Origin: Lama glama | Taxonomy: Eukaryota | Direction: 5' to 3' | Length of the DNA: 64,000 bases | Assembly: GCA_028534125.1 (NCBI GenBank) | Contig: CM052817.1 | Location: 69,442,001 to 69,506,000, forward strand | In this document: positions 1 to 11,556 of the stretch, in pieces | Position numbering within the stretch: the stretch's first letter is position 1 | Layout of the letters: each line of letters starts with the position of its first letter | The notes under the pieces: model-generated | Told to the model about the DNA's origin: nothing | What the model saw: the letters and a program-made list of their open reading frames with translations, nothing else | Database searches by the model: none | Program-made: the position numbers and the translations under genes

Positions 1-1250
1 ATGACCTTGGCTGCTGTTTCACTGTAATTATCTTAGACCTACAGGTAAAATCTAGGCATTCTCATGAATATGGAATTTTTATGGAAATGAACGTCAAATA
101 TGGAATGTAAGCTTTTGTAGAATAATGAAGAAGCAACAGATGTGGAGAAGCAAGAAGGGAAAAACAAGAGGAACCAGATGGTTAACACCCTCATGAAAAA
201 TGGATATGTGATGCAGCCCAAGCACCCTCAGTAGACATGGAAATACCCTATTTCCATTATTCTAGCTTCTTGCCACTCTACTGTAATGCTGACTCTGGGA
301 CTTCTACAACACCAGAGTGTCATATTTGTCATGGAACACTGAGCCACACAATTAAAGAGTAGAACCATGAAGTCACACTAGATCTAAATGATTTTTTTGA
401 GTCTGATGAGACTAGGAACAAAGAAAAAGAGGAATAAAAAAAAAAAAACCTCTTAAGATGTTTCCAATACAAAGAATGGCAAAAGTCAGAAAGATAAAAG
501 CAAAGAGTGATAATTAGATATAAAAACATCCCATAGAAGTGAAAACAGTTTAGTAACAGTAAATTAACATTAAAGAGTCTGCTTGTAATTAAGTCAATAT
601 TTCCTCCCCACAAATTTTGTCAGGTACACCTCTACTAATGTATGCAAATACAAATGCCTTATGGATATTAAACTATGATATACAAAATTTGATATGCACA
701 GTATATAATTCAAGATAAAATTTTTTGTACTAAAGCCATTCAGTGCAGTTTATCATAATCCAGGCTAAGAGACATTACATCCTGTGCCTATAGTCAAAGT
801 CTCAGAAACATCCTACATATGCCAAAGTTCCACAGAGACCTAAATAAACAATAACTGAAAGGAGGACTAAAAAGAAGAAATAAAAACAAAATAGCCTTAA
901 CACTTACTTGTGGTTTCTTCCCCAAGCCAGTTTCTTTAATGTGAAGAGAGAACTTACGTATTTAAAAGGAAGAGAAATAAATGGAGAGGGGAGAAGTGGA
1001 TTTTACTCCAGTTGTGATTGATCCTAGACTAAAGGACATGATGAGGTATTAATTTCTATGACAGTTCTAGTGAAGAGACTATTTGATGCACTGGTAATTC
1101 TAGGTTATCAAATATACTTCTGGTAAATTTATATCTAACTGCAACCAGTTTCTTGTCTATAAAATGAATGTAAATAGCCTTCCTCACTTGTTTTAGTGAA
1201 TTTTACACTAGCTTATTACACTAAGATTATTAAACACTTAAAAACTCTTT

Positions 1251-3602
1251 GAATACAACTGTTCCATAGAAACACAGAGGATCATAAAAAACTACTATGA
1301 ACAATTATATGCCAACAAATTGGACAACCTAGAAGAAATGGATAGATATCTAGAAATACAAGACTTCCAAGACTAAATCATGAAGAAACAGAAAATCTGA
1401 ATAGACTGATCACTGATAAGGAAACTGAAGCAGTCATCAAAAAGATGCTAACAAACAAAAGCTCAGAACCAGATTGCTTCCCTGGCAAATTGTACATAAC
1501 AAAGATTTAATACTCATAGTCTCAAACTCTTCCAAAAATTTGAAGAAGCAAGAAACTTTCCAAACATATTTTATAAAGCCAGCATTACCCTGACACCAAA
1601 ACCAGACAAGGATACCACACACACAAAAAGAAAATTTCAGGCCAATATCCTTGATGAACATAGATGCAAATGTCTTTAATAAAACTCAGTTGACCTTTGA
1701 ACAGTATAGGTTTGAACTGTTCAGGTCCATTTTACACAGATGTTTTTCAATAATATATACTACAGTACTACACAATCCACAGTTCATTGAGTCCACAGAT
1801 ACAGAACCATGAATACAGAGGAACCATACATACAGAGGGCCAACTATAAGTTACACACAAAAATTCAACAGTGCAAAGGGTGAGAGCCTCTAGCCCCTAT
1901 ATTGTTCAAGGGCCAACTGTATTAGCAAATCATATCCAGCAATACATTAGAAGGATCATACAAGTGAAATTTATACCAGGGATACAAGGATGGTTCAACA
2001 TCTACAAGTCAATCAGCATGCTACTTCACATTAACACAGTGAAAGATAAAAATCTTCTGATCATCTCAACAGATGCAGAAAAAGCATATGAAAAATTCAA
2101 TATCCACTTATGATAAAAACTCTCAATGCAGTGGCTATAGAGGGAATCTACTTCAACATAATAAAAGCTATATATGACAAGCCCACAGCTAACATCATAT
2201 TCAATGAAGAAAAAAAAATGAAAGCTTTTCCTCAAAGATTGGGAATAAGACAAGGATGCCCACACTCACTGCTTTTATTCAACATAGTATTGAAAGTCCT
2301 AACCACAGCAATTAGGCAAGAAAAAGAAATAAAATGTATCCAAGTTGGAAAGGAATAGGTAAACTGTCACTATATGCAGATAATACTATATATAGGAAAC
2401 CCCAAAGACTCCAGTTAAAAAACCTTTAGAACTAATAAATAAATTCAGTAAAGTTGCAAAATACAAAATCAACATAAAGAAATCTGTGGCATTTCTATAC
2501 ACTAACAACAATCAGAAAGAGAAATTGAGAAAATAATGCCATTTACAACTGCATCAAAAAGAATTAAAAAGCTAGGAATAAATTTAACCAAGGAGGTGAA
2601 AGATCTGTACACTGAAAACTATAAAACACTGGTCTGTACAGACCTGCACAGTGTAGAAAGCCATCATTAAAGTGAAAAGGCAACCTACTGAATGGGAGAA
2701 GATATTTTTGCAAGTCATGTATCCAACAAGAGGTTAATATCCAAAGTATACAAAGAACTCATACAACTCAACAACAACAAAAATAAAAACAAACAACTGG
2801 ATTAAAAAATGGGCAGAAGACCTGAATAGAAGCTTTACCAAAGAGGACATACAGATGACAACAGGCACATGAAAATACATTAAACATCACTAATTATTAA
2901 GGAAATGCAACTCAAAACCACATGAGATCTCATTTCACACCTATTAAAATGGATATCATAAAAAAGACAAGAACTAACAAGAGTTAGAGAGAATATGGCT
3001 AAAAAGGAACTCTTTCATACTGTTGAAGGGAATGTAATTTGGTGCAGCCAGTATGGAAAACAGTACGGCAGTTTCTCAAAAAAAAAAAATTAAAAATAGA
3101 ACTACCATATGACCAAATTACTTCAGTCTGGGTATTTATCCTAAGAATGCTCATCGCAGCATTATTTACAATAGTCATAATATGGAAACAACCTAAGTGT
3201 CCATCGATGTGGTATGTATATGCATATATATACTGGGATACACACAATGGAATATTACTTGGCCATAAAAATGAATGAAATTCTGCCATTAGCAACAATA
3301 TAGATGGACCTTGAAGGCAGTATGCTAAGTGAAATAAGTTAGACAGAGAAAGACAAATACTATATGATTTCACTCATGTGTAAAATCTAAAAAACAACAA
3401 CAAAACAAATAAAATAAAACAAAAACAAACAGATACAGAGAATGGATTAGTGGTTACCAGATGGGTGGGGGCTGGGAGCGTAAGTATAATTGAAGGGGGT
3501 CAACTGGATGATGGATGGTAACTAGATTTGTGGTGGTGATCACTTTGTAGTGTATACAGATGTTAAATTATAATGTTACACACTTGAAATTTACATAATT
3601 TA
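1251..3602 (+). mobile_element. 5'-truncated, degenerate L1 (ORF2 RT region to 3' UTR) with internal deletions
   Basis: ORF-track peptides match L1 ORF2 ([53 protein letters not shown]). L1 3' UTR at about 3380-3600. 11-bp TSD AAAAACTCTTT at 1240-1250 and 3603-3613, at a TT/AAAA endonuclease site. Confidence 0.95.
1687..1919. mobile_element. Tigger2-derived MITE (MER8/Tigger2a-like, TcMar-Tigger) inserted into L1 ORF2
   Basis: TIRs CAGTTGACCTTTGAACA ... TGTTCAAGGGCCAACTG followed by TA. The host L1 reads through across the insert (AATAAAA..|TATTAGCAAA). Confidence 0.9.
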
Positions 3603-4479
3603 AAAAACTCTTTAAAAATAAATACAAGAAATTATATGGGCTTTATGATACTACTGTATCTGAATACAGTTCATCAGGTTTTTTTGAATGTATAAAGACA
3701 ATGGAAGATTTCCAGAATTGCATCTTTAATCAGAGACCTACAAAAAACACCTCAACCTTGGCAATGTGTTAAATTTGCGTGTGTAAGTAATTAGAGTATA
3801 TTTAAAGCAGTGTTCCCTTGTGTAAATCTTTGTTCTCCACTTCCTGCGAACTAAATTAAAGAAGGATATTCGATTTGGAAGTCTTTTGTTTTCCTTTTAA
3901 AAGTTCTTTGTAGTAACTTATGCTTAATTAAAAGGGCAACCACAAAGGACAGGAGGAACTCTGATGATTCTGGAGGGTGACAGCCACACACCAATGTGAT
4001 TAACACACAGCAGACAGATTACAACAAACATAATTTATCTTCATCAACAAGCACTTTCAGAATTTAGCACCAGAAATGCACTTCAAGTTCAAAATGTTCC
4101 CTCTAAAATAAAATAAATGTATTTCTTTTTATACCTCTTGGAATTCTTACTATATATGCATAGTAAGAACATATGTATTACTATATACTAGTAATAACAT
4201 ATATATACTAGATATACCATTATATTTAAAATAAATATTTTAAAGTCTATTTAAAATGCTCCTTTCATTTGCCTTGAATTCTAATTGTGTATATATATGT
4301 TGTGAATATATCATTTATGTTCAAAATAAATATTTTAAAATCCATTTTACAATTTATACTGTAGATTCACCTTAGTGGCTAAAAATGATAAAATAAAATA
4401 TCTGAGGAGATGGAGGGAGAGAGCTAGAAGTTACACTATTTCAGCCATGAGAGTCTAAAGAAAAATTCTCTGTACATGT

Positions 4480-4680
4480 TGTCTGAATGTGACTTGAAGC
4501 AGAGAACCCTGAGATTCTCTTCTAGCTTAGTCATTAAGTCAAGCAAATGATTTAACATCCATATCTAAAGTATCTCATCTATAAATGGAATTTTTAATTT
4601 TCATGTGTCAGTGATCAGTATTACACTACTTAAAAAGTGTTTTTAAAGTGAAATGAATATGTGACACATGTGCCAAATGC
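4480..4680 (+). mobile_element. MIR SINE fragment
   Basis: MIR core-like AAGCAAATGATTTAACATC...TATCTCATCTATAAATGG. Confidence 0.6.
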
Positions 4681-4739
4681 TATGCTTTCCATATGCCATT
4701 TAATAATCCTACAAAATACAAACTTCATAACCTCATGTA

Positions 4740-5080
4740 TCAAGCAATCACTTATCAAAAACTATTTATCAAGATTACACTATATGCCAACAATGAACAA
4801 GATAGATACAGCCCTGTATTAGTGGGTCTTACATTCCAGAAGGAGACAAACAACAAAAAAGTAAATAAATAGGAAAAATAACCACACTGTTAAAAGAATT
4901 TTACAGTACTCTCACACCTTACTATAATAGAGCACTTATCACAGAAATATACATGTGTGTGTATGTGTGTTTCTTCTATTAATTGAAGTGTCCTTAAGGA
5001 GATGTCTTATATCATCCAAAACTTAGCACAATAATTGAGACAGAATACATATCCAATACATATAGAATTGATGGATGATA
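4740..5080. mobile_element. Two L2 3'-end fragments (minus, then plus)
   Basis: L2-like motifs: ATGAACAAGATAGATACAGCCCTG...CTTACATTCCAG; CTTAGCACAATAATTGAGACAGAA...TTGATGGATGA. Confidence 0.55.
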
Positions 5081-5154
5081 GAAGGGAACAAAAGAAAGAA
5101 AGAAAAAAGAATGAGTCAATAAGCAGTTACTCAACAAGTTATCTTAAAAATAAA

Positions 5155-6800
5155 AGGATTTTGGCTATGACAGAGTAGCATTTTACAGACTAACTCTTCC
5201 ACCAAAAGCAACTATAAAAGTTCAGGATAACCCAGCTTTCTGAAAGCTTGGAAGGCAACAACAGTAATCAAGATTCAAAAGGACAAGTCCCTCCTAAGAG
5301 AGAAACGTATTGATGTGAACCCACAACTCTGATTCTGGTTCCCAAAAGACATTTTCAGGTTCCTAAGATAAAGACAGAAAGAGGCCAAAAAGACAAGAAG
5401 TCAGAATAAAGCAGCTAAAAGGTAATAAACAGAGGCAATAATTTCTACCAAACATGAGGAACTCTGGCTAGAAAACCAAAAAAACTAAAAACAGGCTTTC
5501 CACTGAGACTCTCCGAGAGCTACAGTATAGGAATAAAGGCAAACTAGACATAGTCCAACCTTCAGAAATACTAAAATTCAGACTCAAAGTTCTCAATCCC
5601 TGAGTGGATCACAATGATGTTTCCACATTCTATGCCTGATAAACACTAGAAAAAGATAACATTCTCTAGAGTATGCCAAAAGATAGGACTAAATGACTGA
5701 AACCCAAAAGATAAAATAAAAAATAGAAATAGATTCATAGATGACTCAAATAATGGTGTTATCAAGACAAACTTAAAAATAACTATATTTAATATGTTTA
5801 TGAAATTAAATGATAATATGGAGAATTTCACCAGGGAAATGAAGTCTGTAAGAAAATTATCAAATTAACCTTTTGGAACAGATGTGTATAATAAGATTAA
5901 GAAACTCAATAAGTATATTAGACATCAAAGAAAGGAATATTTCACTAGAAATGGAATACAAGTCAAAAATACCTACATGAAAGCAGATAGATAGATAGAT
6001 TTTAGAGCTACAAAAGACAGAATTTAAGAAACATATGGGACATGGTGAAAAGGACTATCATGTATATAATTGAAATCTCAAAGGAAAAAATAGAAAGAGG
6101 AAAAGGAAGAAACCATATCTGAAAGGTACTAGTCAAAAATTTCCAAAAAGATAAAAGACATTAAACAATAGAATTAAGAAGCTCTATAATAAAATAAAAC
6201 AAATACAAAGATACATCTAGATATATTTATGAAAACCAAAGACAAAGTGTCTTCAAAGCAGCTAGAGACAAAAACAAAAATACTTTCAAATAAGCAACAA
6301 TAAGTTTGACAACTGATTTCATACCAGAAATGAAATCCAAGGACAATGAAATGATATCTTCCAAATCAAGAAAACTTCTAGCCAGAAGTCTTCACCTAGA
6401 AAGATACTGCTTAAAAATAAAGGGCAAATAAAGATTATGTCAGACAAACAAAAGTAGAGAAAATGTATTGGCAGCAGGCCCATGCCTCCCCCAAAATACT
6501 AAAGGTTCTTCCGGCAAAATAAAATGATTCCAAATATACAGAGGAATGAAGTGAAACAGAATGAGTAAATATGTGGGAAATATAAATGAACTTGAATCTG
6601 TAAAACAATATATATTGTGTCTTAAGGAATTTAAAATATGCACGTAGAACTTAAATATGTGACTAGAATAGCAACAAGGCTAGAAGAAATAAGATGTCTT
6701 TAAAATTTCTCCTTGTCCGGGAGGTGATAAGATTAGTAACCTTTGTAAAAGGGCTAATTCCTAGTGGATTTTACTGAGTAAAAGATTGATGTTGTAATAT
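5155..6800 (+). mobile_element. Ancient L1M 5' UTR/ORF1 remnant
   Basis: A-rich sequence with L1 ORF1 motifs (TCTTCAAAGCAGCTAGAGA, ACAACTGATTTC, GGCAAATAAAGATTATGTCAGACAAACAAAAG). Confidence 0.8.
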
Positions 6801-6805
6801 CAAAA

Positions 6806-6895
6806 ACCGGTCGTGGCAAACTATGGCTAAGGGCCAAATCCAACCCAACACCTACAAGAATTGTTTTTATATTCTTAAATGGTAGGAAAAAAATT
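6806..6895. mobile_element. hAT-Charlie (MER58-like) terminal fragment
   Basis: GTGGCAAACTATGGCTAAGGGCCAAATCC resembles the MER58/Charlie terminus. Confidence 0.6.
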
Positions 6896-6899
6896 TTTT

Positions 6900-7112
6900 T
6901 ACAGTATGTCATGCACTGCTCTAGACCTTTGCATTTATTAGTTCATTTAATCTTCACAACAACCTTGTGAAGTAAGTACTGTTACTCATTGTGCAGATGA
7001 GGAAATTGTGGCTTCTAGATAGGTTAGTTAAATAGTTAAGAACCACCCAGTTAATGATCAGTTCCTCTGACATTCAAACCCAGGAAGTCTTGCCCCACAG
7101 GCTCTGCTCTTA
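6900..7112 (-). mobile_element. MIR SINE
   Basis: TCATTTAATCTTCACAACAACCTTGTGAAGTAAGTACTGTT...CAGATGAGGAAATTG...ATTCAAACCCAGG. Confidence 0.85.
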
Positions 7113-7239
7113 ATGTGCTTCCCCCATAAGCAAGCATATCTAAGCCTTCCATCAGGAGACTATCTCACCTGTGCAAACCCATGACTTCACCATGTGAACC
7201 GTAACACTGCACTTAGCGATCTCTGTTCTCTCCACACTC

Positions 7240-7578
7240 AGAATCTTTCTGCACATAGCTTCTGCTTGCTTAGAATGTCTCTGACTAATTTTTTTCTATC
7301 AAAGACCTTTATGAAGACTTAGAATGTCTTCTGTGAAAGCTGCTCTGACAATTCCAATCTACAAATGTTTTCCTTGTTCTGTTTCCATGGCACCTAAAAA
7401 CACAATTTGTCCCCACATCATCACATTCTTTCCTATATATTACATTAGAAATTCTCTCCAATTCATTATTTGTATGTCTGTCTCCTCAACAAGAATGTAA
7501 GTTCATTCAGTTCCAAGAAGTTTCATATAAAGCCTGCACGTATCAGTGTCTCAATGCTTAGGTCAGTAAAAGAATGAC
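7240..7578 (+). mobile_element. L2 3' fragment
   Basis: TATTTGTATGTCTGTCTCCTC...AGAATGTAAGTTC and other L2 3' motifs. Confidence 0.6.
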
Positions 7579-7909
7579 TTATTGGTGGCTATTGGTATAG
7601 ATGAAAGAAAAAAATACTCTAAAGGTAGCATCTTTCTATTAGTTATATAACTTCTTTCCTAATCTGTAAAATGAGGCAGATTTGAATTGATCAGAATTAC
7701 AACCCATCTAATTATTGCTTTTTAGCTACATAATGTAGTATCTCTGTCTCCCTCAAGGTAAATGCTAAACAGTAGACAGATATGTAGGTAGGTAGGCAGG
7801 TAGATAGATGAAAAGAACAGAAAACTCTAAAATTGATTTAGCTTATTACAACTAAACTAATTACAGCTAAATCTAGTTTAACTTACTTGCCCCATCAACT
7901 GGTCACTCT

Positions 7910-8295
7910 TTAAATAAATCTATTACTGTTATAAAATGAAATACAATGCAACCTTTAAAAATAACAAAAAGCTCCACAGGTACTGATAAGAAGTGATCTC
8001 AAAATATGGTAAAGAAAGTGAGAGACATGAAGGGATGAAACAAAATGAGTTCTCTTTGTGTTTTTAAGAAATGAAATATGTGTACATATGTGGAGAAGAT
8101 TTAAGATGCAAATAAAAAGAACTGGTTACAGTGGTTGCCTGTGGAGAAAAAAACTGGCTTAACCAGCAACATAGGAAGAAAAAGCATTTTTTACTGTATT
8201 GTCTCTTATACATTTAAAATTTAATACCAGCGCATGTATTACTATAGAAATACAAATTAATAAAATATTTTAAATAAAATTAAAAATTAAAAATA
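7910..8295 (+). mobile_element. Ancient L1ME-type 3' end
   Basis: ATGAAATACAATGCAACC...GAACTGGTTACAGTGGTTGCCTGTGG...CATGTATTACTAT, followed by an A-rich tail. Confidence 0.7.
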
Positions 8296-10761
8296 ATTCC
8301 TATGCCTGCCCTTGGAGGGTAGGCAGTCAAGAAATATAGCTTCTAAATGAGAGTAACAACCATGAATTCTCAACCTTGAGAAATGAGAAAATCAAACACA
8401 GTAGTAAATGACAGAAAGCAAATATTTACTTGTACTAAATAGGACTGCCCTTAATTCAACAACATAAATAAATGTTGTCTGGTGCAAAACTAGCCTGGTA
8501 GGTTTCTTTCAAAACTTAATGCAATGGATTCTTTTCAACATTTTCTCAGTCTCCCTCTCCCCCTCCCCTTCTCCTCCCTCATTTGTCATCTAACTCTCTT
8601 CGAGTAGTGTTGTACACACTCAACGGATTTAAAAAGTGACAGTAAGGCAGCAAAATTAAGTGATAAAAACACCTTTGTTTTGTATTTTCCTTACTGCAGA
8701 CACAAACATGTATCAATTTCTCCAAAACTAATTTTTTCCTAAGAAACAATCTACAAAGAACAAATGTTTGTTGATGGTGATGATTATAATAAGAAAAGTT
8801 TGTCACTGTTGCTTAGCATCTGTAGCCAGGAAACCCATTTTGACTGTATGTCTTGAAACAGGCTTAATTATTTAGCTACAGGAAGAAGAGGGAAGAACTC
8901 TTCTGTTTCTAATATTCATTTTTTTGAAAAAGTCTTAGTTTCAGAGAAAAGATAAATTTGGATATACTGAAATGAGATCCTCTCCTTGCTGAAATGTTCT
9001 GGAGACACTCTGCAGACCAGGACTGCTTCTCTTCTGCTTCCTCCCCTAGCTCTCCCCTTGACACACGGCACTGCTTATTTAGAAGATAAATCTAAACCGC
9101 ATAATTTGGAAGAAAATATACATAGAACTATTCCCTGCCCTGAGGACTTACAAAAGGAGAAACTTCTCTCCACTGGAGATCTGCTTATTTTTATAATTAT
9201 TAAACAGCATAGGAAAGCCTTTTTATATATTTTTGCTTGAGGGGCTCAGAATTTAATCAGATGCCTCTGGTAGAGAAATAAGTCAGTTTTTTGCAGTAAG
9301 AAAAGAAAGCTAAGAATTTATTAGCAGAATGGCTGCTTTAAAATGTTTGACAGTAAGGATTTCTACAAAACTTGTTTTTTGCAGTGATTATACCATTAAC
9401 AGACCCAAAGACGGAAGGAACTCCAACTTTCAGAACAGAACTCCACATCTATTACTTTTAATACTGGACAGCCACTTCGGTGGGTCAGCTGATGGTAGCA
9501 AAACCTTGTTGTAGCCAGAGTCGAGATCTGGAAGCAGTTTCCAATGATTCATTTTCCTCACTCCTATGTTCCTTCCCTTCATATGCAAATCCACATGCAT
9601 CTCAGGCCCCTTTCTTCCTGTAACCCAGCCAGGGACTCCTGCTCTCATTGTAACCTCCACTTCCAATTTCCTCTGGTTTACTTTTCTTAAGTCTACAAAT
9701 ACGCCCTTCTTCCTAAAGATCTCGATCTTCTCTAATCCTCTTACTAACCCTTGCGTCCATGGTTGAAATTTCCGTCTACTCATCCCAGATTTTTACCTCT
9801 TATTTAATTTGCTATTCATGAAAGTCATTCATCTGTTCATTCATTCAATAAGTATTCTTTGACCACGATGGGCCAAGCACTGTTTCAAATACTAAGACTA
9901 CAACAGTAAACAAACAGATCAAAAAATGAGCAATCAAAGTATAGATGGCAATAGCAATCTTAACAATAATTGTCCTCCATGTAGATCCAATGCTACGGGT
10001 AAAACAGTTGTTTTTCAAAGACATCTTAATAAATAAACTAACTAGGTATTTCGAAATAAGTGAATTTAAGTACTGCTTGTGTATAGTTGCACATGTACAT
10101 GGAGCTAATTACTATAGGTAAATAAATGAATAGATTTTTTTCATTAGTGATAGAATTAATGCTAAAATGCTTTCAGAAAAGGTCTTGCAGTTACTACCAC
10201 CATTTTGCACTTGAGGTTTGCTAGATGAATGTTATAAAATGCAACATTGCTCTCACCTTTCACTATATTGATTTATATTCATCTCCAGATGAAAATCATA
10301 CCTAAAAGAAATTTCTTATCAGTAGTGAAAGGCCAGGAATAATTTATAGCCATGATGAATCTCTGAATATAGCACTTAAAATAACAAGGTGATACTTTTA
10401 TTAGATGAATCATGACAGTCAAAATAGCCATCCTCTTCTATCATGTCCTTAATTCAAGATTTTAAACATAAGCTTTATTTAGAAAAATTAGCCAAAGACT
10501 GTATTTACCAAATGTTTATAGTCAGTCTTCTGGAATGATATTAAAGTGAACTGTCTTGGAAAATACTAGATAGCATGACTGTTACTGCTCAACATTAAAG
10601 AAAGCAAACCAGGCACACTGGATTTATCTTGTCATTTACCCATTCACTGGAATCTGAAGGTGACATGCTGCACTGGTGAAGAAGGGCCCTCTGTCCAGAC
10701 CATCAGCTGGGATGCTGTAGGCTTTAGTGAAGAACGCATATGACAGACATTGCTGGTTTCT

Positions 10762-11086
10762 TTCTCAGTCCATTTGGGCTGCTATAACAAAATACTAGAG
10801 ATTGGGTAGCTTGTAAACAGTTCTGGAGGCTGGAATTCTGAGATCATGGTGCCAACGTGGTCAGGCTAGGGTCCTCTTCCGGGCTGCAGACTTCTCACTG
10901 TATCCTCACATGGTGGAAGGGGTGATTTACCTCTGTGGGGTCTGTTTTTATAAGAGCACTAATCCTATTCATGAGGACTCCACCCTTATGAACTTCTCAA
11001 AGATCTCACCTTCTACTGCTATCACATTGGGCATTAGGATTTCAAACGTATGAATTTTGGGGGGACACAAAATTGAGACCATAGTG
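10762..11086 (-). mobile_element. MLT1A-type solo LTR (ERVL-MaLR)
   Basis: TCAGTCCATTTGGGCTGCTATAACAAAATAC...GTTCTGGAGGCTGG...TATGAATTTTGGGGGGACAC...ACCATAG. Confidence 0.9.
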
Positions 11087-11289
11087 GCTGTCTCACTGAA
11101 CATCCATCTCCAACTCCTTCTTCCTTGCCATCATCCCTGATAAAGGATTTGAAATCTAAATACTCATTTTTCCCTAATTCCCTTAGAATGACCATGTACA
11201 GTTTTAGCAGTATGCAAGAGAAAAATCTATTAAAGACAGAAAAGATAGGCTTCTGGGAAGGGCTTTGCTTTCAAGTGAAAGAGGTATTT

Positions 11290-11503
11290 GTGACTCTTCT
11301 CCCTCCTTCCTGCTTTTAAAGCAAAAATGAGTCCCTGAGCTGTGGAAGGTATCAATGTTGTGGAGTTGAGAAGCTAAGGACAGATTCAAAGTGCCTGAGT
11401 CTTCATTGATGTCACCAAGCCACCGCACCAAGCACAGGGTCCTTCTCTCCAGATTTCCTTCTATGTGAGAATAAAACCCAATTTTATTCAGCTCTGGTTA
11501 GCT

Positions 11504-11510
<7 letters not shown>
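11290..11510 (+). mobile_element. Old MLT1 (MLT1J/K-like) LTR fragment
   Basis: CCTGAGTCTTCATTGATGTCACCAAGCCACC...CCAGATTTCCTTCTATGTGAGAATAAAACCC. Confidence 0.55.

Positions 11511-11550
<40 letters not shown>
11511..11550. repeat. (AT)20 microsatellite
   Basis: Perfect AT dinucleotide run, followed by ACACAC. Confidence 0.98.
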
Positions 11551-11556
<6 letters not shown>

